Assembly (NCBI GenBank): GCA_977030845.1
Contig: OZ365118.1
Coordinates: 3,596,001 to 3,660,000, forward strand
Direction: 5' to 3'
From: Fimbriosthenelais zetlandica
Lineage: Eukaryota
DNA length: 64,000 nt
The notes below the pieces were generated by a model. That model saw only the letters and a program-made list of their open reading frames with translations. It did no database searches and had not been told where the DNA came from. The translations under genes were made by a program, and so were the position numbers. Numbering within the stretch: position 1 is the stretch's first letter; every line of letters starts with the position of its first letter. Below, in pieces: positions 37,184 through 49,871 of this stretch.

Positions 37184-40100
37184 GTATACATATCCTACAA
37201 TTCAACAAGGATATATAATATTTTCAGTTTATAGTATAGTTCAATGATACTATAAAGTTTTACTTGTTACGTTCCTGACTATAAGACTTGTAACCGTCAG
37301 TTGTGGTTATTTCTAACGGCCCCAGGGTGACAATGCCGCAGAGTCTCCGGTTTCTGGGGAAAAGCCGGAAATTCATGGCGGGATGATAGGTTCCTCTGGT
37401 CCAACATGAACCATCCTTCACAGCCATCTTCTGCCTCTATTTTTAATGTGAACGTAAGCTCGCAATGAATCATTGATTGGTCAAGTCTGTCTCCCCGCTT
37501 CTTTGTAATTTTATCTGCTAATGGGCTGGCGAGGGGAAAGCCTGGGGAAGTGGGGAGGAGGGAGACTGAGAGACTCTATAGTGAAACTCTAAACAGGATT
37601 AAGATTAAATTTAAACGAATTTTAAACTATTTCCCAACAGTGTCTGACTGCCTCATGAGTTAGGGAGGAGCATTTGCCTATATATGCCAACAACTATCTG
37701 AAGTACTTAGGACCAAATTACTACTGGAAGTTCAATTCCATCTCGTGTGTACTTCAAAAAGTATATTTGATAATAATGTTTATGTGGGAGAGAATAAATG
37801 ACAAATATAAAACAAAGAAATAAGTTGAGGTATGAGTTGTTGACATGATAAAGCTCTATAGAGAGAGCCTGATCCTGACAAACAAGGCTGGTTCCCCACT
37901 ACATAATGTCAGAATTGTGTTAGGAGAGATTGAGCAGAATATCAGATATTGCAATACTGTGTATCCATCCACATTTCATGATAGGGGGCTATAAACAGGC
38001 CTATTATAAGGCTCATCATGCAAGCCTTGCAATGGAATCGACTTATCATGAAGGAATGGAACATTGACTGATTTTGTGTTCATATTCTAACGCCATGTGC
38101 TGAAAAATCTGGCCATATAACCCGAACTCGCTCAATTAACGACTCGCGTGCGTGGCCCTCCTTTTTTTGCCCAGCCCCATTTTCAATCGCCCGTTTAAGG
38201 TATTGAATGGAGCAGACCCCACTCAATGTGGACATGATACTGTACCAGACCACTGTTACCTCAGCATCAGACCTGCTCTCCATCCATATTGGACGCCTTT
38301 AATACATGCTTGACGAGTGTGGCCACTGATAATTCAATAAATTGATCTAATTTTCCCCGTTTTTTAATCTTGAATTAAATCTTGGAGGCACAGGGTTTTA
38401 AATCACAGTGTAATCTCTCCAACTGGCGGCCTTATTTGGACAGAGATTGGCCAGAATAGGAAAAAGATTCCCTGATTTATTGCCGGACTCTGGCTGGAGG
38501 AGTGAGATTTTGACACTGCCTCTGCTTTGTTCCCATGCCTTGGGGAACTGAACTGGAAAAGCGATTAAAAAACTTTCATAAAACTGCTTCTGGATTTTCA
38601 TTTAGTGCGAGCTGGGAACCTGAGAAGATGACTAAGATGGTAAGTTGGGAGGACGAGCGTTGGGTTTTAAATCACTCCACGATCCATGTTCATCTATACT
38701 CCCCCAAAACATGGCATGTTCACGATCGGAACTTGTCATTTCAAAATGGGATTGTTTTCCCTTTGTCTTCATGTTTTCTTCCGCAGAATCGTGACTTTGC
38801 AAGTGGCAGAGGCAGCAGGCCTGGATGTGAACCCATATAGGGTTACAGCTCGCACCCTGTGGTAAATATCCCACTGTGTGCACTGCCGCCTCAGGTGGAA
38901 AAACTAAATTAGTTTTTAAACTGAAAAATGCATGGTCAACATGCAGAGAGCACAAAAGGTGATATGAGCAAGCAATGCTGTCATTATCCAATTCCAAGGC
39001 CACCCCATTCAGGTTATTCATTCTCAGCTGTCCGAATCAAGGCCGGACCTGGCTGGAGATCCAATTCTCACAATCCACTGTCCCTGTTATCTCAGACGAT
39101 TGGCCGCAGTCGGGAATGAGATTGCCCCGGGCCATTGTTTTCTATATAATAAAGACAATTCCAAATGGCAAACAGCGCTTCTTCACGGCACACAGAGACA
39201 ATATTTAAATGGATTTGATCCATGAAGACATGAGAAGCTTTAATTAGGTTGCCAGCCAGGTGAGTGACATGCCAAGGCTGAATAGGTGCTGGCAACGTGT
39301 AGACACGAAGCCCTGCAAGTAGCATAACGCCAAGGGCTTAAAACACAGGCATCAGAATCAATTATTCTAATTCAGTAGTTTCTTTCAGCCATGAATGAAG
39401 TAAATAGTTTGAGAGCCATTTATTGTATGGAGGGGCTGGGCTGGGGAGTTAGCTAGTTCACACATTTAAATCATTGTGGTGAGGAATGAACTATGGATAA
39501 AAGGCGCTCATCCTCCCTTGGGTTTCTCTATTCATGGACTTTTAAAAGGAATGAAGGAGCAATATGGAGATGTTTTATCATTATCACTTGTAGCACCATT
39601 ACAAGACAGAATGCCTAAACAACAGCAGCTTCCTAACAGGGGCGAAATGTAGAACGTTTAGAACATGACACATTCTATTTTAACCAGATAAAGGACACTT
39701 CCTTTGAAATGCCTGCAAGATGCTCACAGATATCCCTCTGTTTTTCATTGTGCCATATGCTACAGTGTCTTTTTTCTACAGCCAGGCATGCTTTGGGATT
39801 ATTCAATTTAGAATGAGTTAGAAACGAGTTAAAAAGGGATAAGCCAGATGCTGCGGAACATTATAATCAATTCCAGGCATATTAGAGAATGAATACCGCA
39901 CCCGTAGTGCACCCCATTAGTATTCATTAATTGTAAATAATAGGATTACAGGATGCATATTGCGGGCCAATATTAGAACTACCCTTGTGATTTAAACCAA
40001 TTTGAAATTCAATCACATAAACCTCTTGCGCAATCTCAGTCAAAGCCCAAGCCTTGATTTTCCAAAGTCCCCAAAGAACATCATTCTCATCAATTTTTCA

Positions 40101-43100
40101 TTGCTTAAGCTTCCCCTGATATCTTTGTCTCGGAGGTTTTGTGCGGACACTGGCCTGTCACAAACCGAGGCTTCCCCTCGAGAACAGAGAAGAAGGTAAA
40201 TGTGGGATTTAGCTGTGGACTTAAGGAAGGGACATCCAATCATGATGTCACAGTTGAGATGCCATGGTGATGCCTGCTGTCTTGACAACATCCATTGTCT
40301 ATTCATTGTGTGCTGGCTGGTGGATCCACAAGGTAAACTAGAGCGGAGAGAGGCTGGTTAATCACCAACATGAAATGAGGCAGGTTCTGCTCAACACCAC
40401 AATGACAAGCCGCCATGTTGAATCTTACCATACATAACAGCTCCCTGTTTGACACTCCACAGTGTGTACATACCCACTTCTCAGATCTCAAAAATATAAT
40501 TGAAGAGCAAAGTCTGAGAGCTGTAGAGGGATGATCCCCGTATGTTGTTACCCGGATTCATCAATGTCGTCACCAGGCAATTACCCTAATCCGTATTGTA
40601 TTTTACCACCCGCTATATTCATATGGTAAAGGTGAGCCCTGAGTGATAGGATAAATAGGATTATTTACGCTAGCAACTTTATGGGCTCGTTATTTCATGT
40701 TGCCACATCTCAGTGGTTGTGGGCGCCGATCGATCAATAAAGGTAGCCCTTATCCCATATTCTTCTGACAACCTTTGGCCAGGGAGTAGGGGGTGTCATG
40801 GAAATAGAGAGAGGCTATGGCAGCAGGGGCGGCTTTTAGATAAGAAGATCCTCTTCCCCTATTTGGTAAACAAGCGAGCTGAATCGATACATCACCTATA
40901 CATGGCAGGCTAGGACATAAGTATAAATTGTAGATAGCCCCCCCCCCGACTACCCGGGGATGATCTCCAGGTGGTAGGGTGGTCTCAGGAGGAGGTTTAG
41001 GTCATGGCAGCTATAGTGAGATCTCTCAACTCCTCCAGACCTTCCATACCAGATGTGAAACCCCAACATGGCAACACCAATCCATGAGTCAATCATTCAA
41101 CCACTAACTTGCCCACCAGTCCACGACCAGGCCCTGGTAGAGGGATCAAGATGAGGAGACAAGCCCCCCTCCTTCCTCCAGCCAGGATTCCCCACTGGAG
41201 GTATATGTATGTGATAGTAACAAATTGCTCCAGCATGTACCAGTCTCAGCTTGCTCTATAGAAGCTCCGTTAGGCTGGAGATACCTCAGGGCTGGCAGCA
41301 AAGTGCTGTCCTCAAGTAGAAAATCGCTGGTCCTTAGTTACATTAGCGGAGGCCTTTTCCCAGTTGGAGTCCTCATTGTGCACGTTTTACTATACTCGAC
41401 AAAAACAAATAATGGAGACATTCACCTATCCTCTGAGGCCTCCCTCAGGGCTGAGGAGACTGGCATAAAGCTTGAGATCATGTGAAAGGTGGGAAGCAAT
41501 GGTGCTGAAAACTTCACTGTTGGGGGTCCAACAATACTAGGCTCTCACTCCGCCTGACACTTAACACCACCCCTACTCCCAGGCTAGAGGCTGGGCCTGT
41601 GAAGTGAATAGGAATCCCCTGCTACTATTCATATAGCACTTGTATGGTGCTTCATACAAGGACTATACGGTCTGCTTGTAAGTCTTGGATCTGGTACATT
41701 TTACAAAGTGAATACCTGAAAGAGCAGGCGGCTTGGAAAATGTAATGCAAGTGTAATACAGGTCTGGCTTGAGTAGTAGAGAGAGGGGAGTGAAGGGAAG
41801 GGGTATACATGAGTATTGGATCTATCTGACTAGGTAGGAAACATAGCCTCAAAACCTCCCCTGACAAAGACGCACCTTTTTTATCAGAGCCTTTCTGTCA
41901 GTAGCTTTGCAGAGCTTGGGGATTTTCCCATCTCGCGGTTTTCAGGTGAAAGTCTAAATATTCATCTGGAGTGGGGTTTAGTGAGGTTCCACCGACCTCA
42001 GCCTCCCAGTTTGAATCGGTCAAGTGCAGCATTCATGTAGGTCTATAGAGGGAAGCAGTTTGAGTGTGAAGAGACCATTGTGATTTGGCAAGCAGCATAA
42101 CAAATAGGGGATTTAGGAGATAAAAGAACTTTTAAGCGGATGAGGTGGGACTTAAATACACATCCTGACCTGGGTTTTAGGATGTCATCTGTCCGTCTGA
42201 GGGCGTCAGGTGATGCCTTACTTTACCAGGACTCCCGCTCTAGTCCAGACATGTCGCGGCCTTGCGTGCCCAACCTCAAGACGGGGTAATTGCATTGCCC
42301 CTGGACATTCGACACAAGGGCAATTTGGTTCAATTCATCCAGATAAACCGTCCTTTATGTATACATACATACCCGCTATTAAATAGGGGTAAATGGGGGG
42401 TGAATGTAGGGATTTTTAGCGGGCAGAGATGGCCAGATGTGTGTAATGGCTAAAAAGTAGCAACAATTGCCATCACTATAGGCGCTACTTATTAACAGTT
42501 GCCTGGATGACTATAGCATATAAAGGAAGCAAATGAGCAAGGTGATTGTAATTCAAGGTAGCATCCATAGCTCACAACATAGGCCTACCGCAGAGCCAGC
42601 TCCCTGCTCGTGATTTTATCATCTTAAAAACATGCAAACTGGCCTAGAAAACACCCAGAATATTGCTTTCAGTATAGCTAAAAATACAGACACTAAATAT
42701 CTATGATAGGGCCTATCTGGTGATGTCCAGAACATTGAATATGCCCCTGATATACTGATGTTTCAAGGCCATACTATGTTTCAAGGCCTTCAGATAATGT
42801 CCTGTATTTTTGCTCTGTTTATTTGTCTTCTCTGATATTAAATGCCATCTCCGCTTCCCACACTGTTAAGATACCTTTCTCCAGTTTCTCTCTGATATAT
42901 CATATTTCTTAAATTGCTCTGGAAACTGAGCAGCACTCTGGTCCGTCTTTGCTGGCGTTATTATTCTTTTCATCAAAAAAGATGGGGAGAAAATCCCCCG
43001 GGCGTGGAAAGAATTGGAAAGTAAGAAAGTGCATTTAGACTGAGTGCTTTCTGTTTATGGTACTGCCGCCTAAACAATCATGCCTGATGGTTCCGGACCA

Positions 43101-46100
43101 GATAGAGCAGTACAAATCAACACAAGTCTGCTGCCGAGTGAACTCTGTGTAGACTTTCTGTTTGACTAAAAGCTATAGGGTCCATATTGATAATGCTTTA
43201 TTGAAAACCAAAGTGTTGACATCTTTTCCGTCTAGTGCTTGCTATTGCGGTGCCATTGTTTGACATGCAGCAATATTTCAGATTATCCACCCCTCCTCCT
43301 CCCCACCCGACTCAGTCTGAACACTGCCTCCACCCATCAACTGCCATGCTTTTGGTTCCTCCAGGCAATATTAATAACTTATATTTTCACCTCAAAGTTA
43401 GCTAAGGCTTAAAAACCAACTTTGATTCCATTAGTGCAGTCAGCAACGGGGAAGGTGAATAAATATATCTCCATATTCAATATACACTCAGAGAATGATA
43501 TCCATATCACCTGGGATTATCCTAAGCCCCACACCCCCAACCTTTCCCAAATATGAAATTTTCAATCACATTTTAAGCCTCAGACATGTTCACAAAGTCT
43601 AGGGAGAGACTGGATTTGTGCACCAATTTGCCTCATGCATGATTTTGGCCTTTTGAATGAAGGTATAGAAATTTTGGGACAGAGCTCTGAGTTTTAATTC
43701 AATATAACTTCGTAGTTTAGAGCTCATATGAACCAAAGATTCCATTCACTCCTTCAATAATCCCACCATTAAATGGATTCAATTGACAAGTACATGAAAG
43801 TTGCATCTTCCCTTTTACAAGCTCTATTTGGGTGTTGATAAAGGCGTGTAATTTGCGCGTGGCCTCCTCTCTCAGCTTAGACTCCCTATCTTCTGGCTTA
43901 TACATCCCTCTAGCTGCAGCCATTTCCCCCTCTGTACATAGCCATTTATAATTCATGTGAATTTTGCAGCATTTGTACATTTGTATTCTAAGACCCGAGT
44001 CACCGGAGCTGCTACTTAAAGCTGGGATTCAATAATTACCTGAGGAGAGCTCTGAGCTTAGGAAACGAGGGCCTGAGGCATGTGGAAAGAGTGCCATTTT
44101 ATTTGAGGGGAAGAGGATGGGGTAGTCAAAACTGACGGTCCTAGCCTTCCCTCTGCATGCATCTCCCCTATCATTGTATATTTAAACACCTGTTTCCTCT
44201 GTCTATGGCTACAAATTGGTCATTGTCCTTGGATTATTTCATTTCAATGTGCTTTAAAAATAGTATAGATAGTGTTTCCCTTGTTCCCATTCCCTGCTTC
44301 CCCATCCATTGATTAGTGTATCATTGTCGTTTGATGTTTTGTTAATTGTGTAATGAACGTGTAATGTTGGTTATTTACACGGTGTAAGTGAGTGACAAAT
44401 GAACAATAGACATATTGCATCATAAATGACTCATTCCATGTATTCCTTCTCATTCTAAGGTATATATGTTTGGTTGCTATAGGGGTATTATCAACATGAA
44501 GGGTTCAAAGAGATTAGGTACAAATGGGGATTACAGACTTAAACCCCCCCCCCCCCCCCCACAGACACACACATATAGACTACACTGTAGATGAACCCAC
44601 CACCTATAGGATGAGTATATACATTCCACCTACCCTAGACCAGCTTACATTGATTTTAAGTTTCACAATTGGTGCCTTCATTATTATTTCCGCATGGATT
44701 TTTCATTTAATTCATTCCATTTCAGAAATTCAATCAGTGTGTTGTTTTAAGAGAAACATGAACATCTTAGATAAATGCTCTTAACATTTTAATTATTCAT
44801 GATCCCGGCAAGGGAATTGTAAGACAAAACTTTAAACTAATTCAATTCTTCAAGATACAAAACATTTCACAATGTTTGCATGGCAAGATGAATTACGTTG
44901 CTATCATACACTCGGCTTTTCATATATCAAGTAGAATATAAGTTATCATATAGAAGCATAGATATGTTCTTTTAAACAGGGTTATTGTGATATACATGCC
45001 ATGTGAATCGGATGTGTAATATATCTTATATATATATGCCCTCTTTGTCCTTGTCTTTCTGTGTCTGTGCCTCCGACCTTGCGGAACACTAGGAGTGCCC
45101 GAGCCCCAAGGCAAGCTTGGTGGGTTCACGAGAACCATCTCCTGAACCACCAGCCTACACATACCACAAATCTTCAACATTACCACGCTACAGGCTTATT
45201 GACAACCCATCGGATGCCTCGTCCAAACCTTGGAATCTTTCAGCCAAAGAGCTTGAGGTGAGAGGCACACACGTCCCATGGCAATTGCTTCACTCGATCT
45301 CATTACAATTGCCGCCTTGCCGGCGTTTGTAATTTTAATCGGGCAGTAATGGTCCATCCCTACCATCAGCTGGTTGTCGTGTGTTTGTCAATGTGCTGGT
45401 ATTCTCGCACTTCCCTGTTTGGTGCACATTGATTTGCATTGGTATGCTTGCCGCCTTCACCATTTTTCTCTGATGAGAGAAAGCTGTGTAATGTTACCCT
45501 ATGTGAGCATGTGTTGTTTTGCCAGTCTCATGTATATGAACCTTTGGTTGCTTTTTCTCAAGGCTGTCACTCGACAGCGACTTTAGATCTTTGGGCTTGC
45601 TTCCCCAGCTTCATTTCTTTGATATTAACATCAAAGAAGAATTTGATCAGCCGTCTTTTTTGCATGTATATTCTAAGTTTCCAGACAATGTATCACAGAG
45701 ATCTTTTCTCGTATTTCATTAGGTATATATGATCCCTTCCACCTGCCAGATCACACCCAGTGACATATATAAACTGAGTTAATACTTCTGACAAGTACAC
45801 ACAGGCCTTGATTTGAGTCCCGCCCCGCCCTCCAGCCTGCAGCAATACAGATATAACTATCAAATCACACTGTATGCTGAGTGTGGAGATAGAGGGAGGT
45901 ACTGGTAATAGATATCTCCCACTATCTCCAGCCTAAGCACATTATGCATCATTCCCTCTATACTCCATCGCTCAGGACCTAAAGTATTTTTCATACATGA
46001 GCAAATCCTACTGCATCACAAGCCTGGAGAGTGAAAAAATGAAAAAAAAATCAAAAAAGTAAAAATAGCTGTTTGTGATAGGATTCATTTTTCGATTAAC

Positions 46101-49100
46101 TGTCAGCGCCGCCTTACGTTGTGTGAATGGCAATGATGAATGAATTGGGGGATAAAGCATACTAATTCAGCCAGCGCTTATCATTTAAATCATCCAGCGT
46201 AATGCATTCCCCCGATCACTTCAAAGTTCTGACGGTGTCAGCAGAAAGGTGCTCTAACCTTTATGTAATGCGAAGCAGTCACGAAATGCAAAGTTTCGCT
46301 TGTGAATCACCCGCTTAGGTTGGAAATGACTATGCTGCTTTCCAGGCATGACCGGGCTGGTATATTTCTTTTTTATTTCTAAATGTTCACCAGGTTGCAT
46401 GTTTACACAGTGTGGTTTTCTTTTGATCAGCACCCATGGCACTCAGTTCATTTCTACCCGTACCCACCTTTTTTTTGCATTCATATCAGCAAAAGGTGTT
46501 TGGCAGAGATTCGGTAGCATCTATTATTTATTGAATTTCTTTCTAAATGTGCACCTTATGATTTGCACACTAATTGGTCTTTTTTTGAATATCCTATCAT
46601 TAATCAGATAATTGTAAAAAGCTTACATGTTCCTCATTTCAGACATGGAAACATGTAATCAGAAAATAGTTCAAATTCTATCCGGATCACTGATCATTGA
46701 GCAGACCAGATATCACCGGTTGAATAACCCCTTAATATTGATTGAATTTCAGCACCAATTAAAGTTTGCTATGTTTTTCAAAAGTGCCTATAGTGGGGTT
46801 AGCCTTTCCTAAAGTAAAGGGAGGATACAATAATGTATACTGCCAGTCCTTGCATACAAGCTTTGTCCTCCATTGGGCACGTAAAGAAATAAATGGGCCT
46901 GGCAAATGAGAGGAAATTGTAAAATATTGCTTTCGACAAGCTGAAAACCACATGTTTTATTTATTCATGGCATTCTTCACACAGTATTTATAATGGCCGT
47001 AAATTCAGGAATCTGTCTTTTTCATTCCTCCCGAGCCGAGACAGAAATGTGCCGCTGCAGCGAGAGAGGTCTTTTTCATACAAGGCTCGTTTTATAGCAA
47101 ACATTCTGGAGAATAAATTGCATTTTGATACAAATATGGAGGGGTGAGAGTAGAGCAGTGAATACAGGGGTTGAGATGCACGAGTGGTGGCTATGTCATG
47201 GCGTATCGGATGTTTAAAGCTGGTGTACATGGAAGCTAAAGCTGTAGATTTTCATATACACAAAGCTCTGGATGTGTGCCATGTAAAGGAGCAGAGAGAG
47301 GACGTTGTTTTGGTGGCTGGTCCTTGATGAAGCATCACAGTGGACGTGCCTCCTCTCTCTGCCGCTCACTCACACATAAATGAGGAGGACATATTAATTT
47401 TCTCCCCACCAGATCGGACTGAGATAAGAGGTGATAGCTTAGCTTATATAAGATAAGATGATGGGGAGGGGTTTGGAGGGAGCCATCCCTGGTGTCATTT
47501 ATATGCAAGTGTTGGGGGAGAGAATGCCTGCATAACATAGAAGGGAATATGAGAAGCGTTCCCTTCTTTACTAAACCAACTGTCATTAGTAATATTCTTC
47601 CATCTCCAGCTACCAGCATTAGGTCTCAGATTGCAGTCACTATCTAATACTGTTAAGTGGGACATCTTTCACGTGTAGGCGTATGGTTTGAATGTATTCC
47701 GTTCAGTAACTTAATGATGTTTGACAGTGAAGTAAGGTGGGAGATGAGGATCTGGGGCATCTTTCTTTATGATGTCTGACACCTTTAAATGAAAAGACAT
47801 CATGCCATCACGTCATGAGGCATGGATTCCACAGGTTACCCCTCCCCACCATCAGTCCACCAGTTATAGCATGTAGACAGAGACTGAGACTGAGTGATGC
47901 TGGGTGGTGGAGGCAGTGCGTGAGACTGTCACTGAGAATTGTGCATCTCGTATGTCATAGAATCTCCGGCCAAGCTGAAACCAAGGCCTGCTGCCAAAAG
48001 GCCAGCCCAGGCTATCGTGCGTACTGCCTTCCGCTAGGATGGGGGCCTGCTTCTGACCTTTCAGTGATTTGGTAAAAAAAACAGAGATAGACTTGTTTGG
48101 AAATTGAAGGTAATCAAAGCCAGGTGGTCAGGAGATTTGCTAGACTTTCGTTTATGTCTTTTCCATGTTTGGTCCTTGAGTCGGAAGAGTCGGGGGTCTA
48201 CTTCCGGTTCTGTCTCAAAATTGACAACACTTTCAGGTTTCTGTCTATATATAAGGGGGGTTTACTTACCGGTATGGTTTATATGATGTTATATGACAGC
48301 ATATAGGGGGTGATTACATATATCAGGTTACTTTCATAGAGTACCCTCCCACCCCCCGCTCCCAGCTTTGTACAGCTAACACCACTTGCAGACATAGATT
48401 GTCTGTCAGGAGGCCTGGGACACCAGCGTCCGGATTGGTTTCCTAGCAAACCGATCCCGCAATATCAAACAGAGAAATGAATGGTCAAATATTCACTCAA
48501 CATTGGCTTCCATTCACCCAGATGACATCCGATATGTTGCTCCCTTCCTTGCCCGTGTTTGTTCTTAAGGTACTCTCTCTATTTGCCGTGGGAAGAGGCA
48601 ATGGAGCTGCAGCAGTCGGTATTCATACTGCCATATGAATGGGCATGAACCCAGAACTATGCCTGCTGTCTATTTCTCAATATTTTCTTTAGACTTTCTG
48701 CTAATGCATATGTAAAATGACTCAAGGCTATATGCACCAAGCGAATGAAGAAGCCCGGGTCTGACTTTTAAAATCAATTCAGTGAAGTCAGAGCTTTCAG
48801 GTCCTGTTTACAAGAATAACAGGCAAAGTTTGGCCAGCTTTTTGGCGAGGGTGGTTGAAAAGAATTGCAGGGAAGATTTTTAAGGCAGGGGAATGTTTAT
48901 CTCTCCCGCGAGATATTATTGGTTGCCAGCCTGGACTTCTTAACAAATGTACCCAGCTTTGCCTTGCCATGCAGGCTGTGGGGGTAAATAATCTATCGTT
49001 AGTACCTTGTTTTTGAGCGCTACCAGCATGGCAGTGCTTTTGGTCTTGATGTGGCGGGCTCAGGGAATGTTTGTGTAACTGTCATCGGCCCTTTATTGAC

Positions 49101-49708
49101 AAGTGAAGGAAGGGACCACTAATCATATTCCTACTGACAATAACACGGCCGGACCATTGACCGCTGGTCTGCTCGGGAATTCCTCACCTACCCCCCAAGC
49201 TTTGTAAAAAGCAGTCACGTTTTCCCTTTTGAATATCCATGCGGGAAGGGGGCAGTGTGAATGGGCCTGGCACCAGTCACCATCCATGCCTTCTCCTGAT
49301 ACACAACAGACCATTTTCTCCCCCACACAATGACCGTTTTTCCTGTTCATAACAAAACCACTTATTTTCACCTCCTAATCGGATATTCTGCGAGGATATC
49401 TGGGGTCTTGAATGTCTCACAATTGCTCCCATTTCGCAGTTGGGGAAAGGAATAAATCTCCAAAGACGTCTTGTCAGATCTATTGTATTTCAGGCAAGAT
49501 AAACGGCCTTAAAGCCCATTTTAATGCTCTCCTTTTATAGATATTTTCAAGTACAGAATACAGGCTTTTAATCGGCTCAAGCAAGCCTCCCCCTTGCCCT
49601 TGCATCGACCTTTTCTATGGTAAAACGATCAGCATCCCATACCCTATCGTTAAACTTGATGTAAAAGCCACATTCCAGCTTTTTTATTTGTCGGCTGAAA
49701 TTTTCCAG

Positions 49709-49871
49709 GTTCATCGGCTGCTGCAGATGTCCCTGAAGGATCAATTCCAAGACTCGGATAGTACTTCCGGTTGCTCAGCGGAAGTGTCTAACACGGACAG
49801 CGGAAGGGGACCGAGCGAGGATGGAGACAACCACCAGCGTAACCATGACAACAAAACTTGTAATACTCAAA
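49709..49871 (+). CDS. Pcdh: Protocadherin coding exon 2 (cytoplasmic, CM1-like DSGRGPSE motif)
   Basis: Acceptor ttttccag|G; phase 0 matches the exon 1 donor. Translates VHRLLQMSLKDQFQDSDSTSGCSAEVSNTDSGRGPSEDGDNHQRNHDNKTCNTQ. Donor AAA|GTAAGT after 49871, phase 1. An acidic DSGxG motif is characteristic of delta-protocadherin tails. Confidence 0.9.

Larger units (their letters stand above)
33700..49708 (+). other. Pcdh intron (16,009 bp, GT-AG, phase 0)
   Basis: GTAAGC at 33700 and ttttccAG ending 49708; frame preserved across the junction. Confidence 0.85.

Noticed and set aside
46421-46760. REST/RE1-like half sites (TCAGCACC)
   Set aside because: Only the left half matches, and the GGACAG half is missing.
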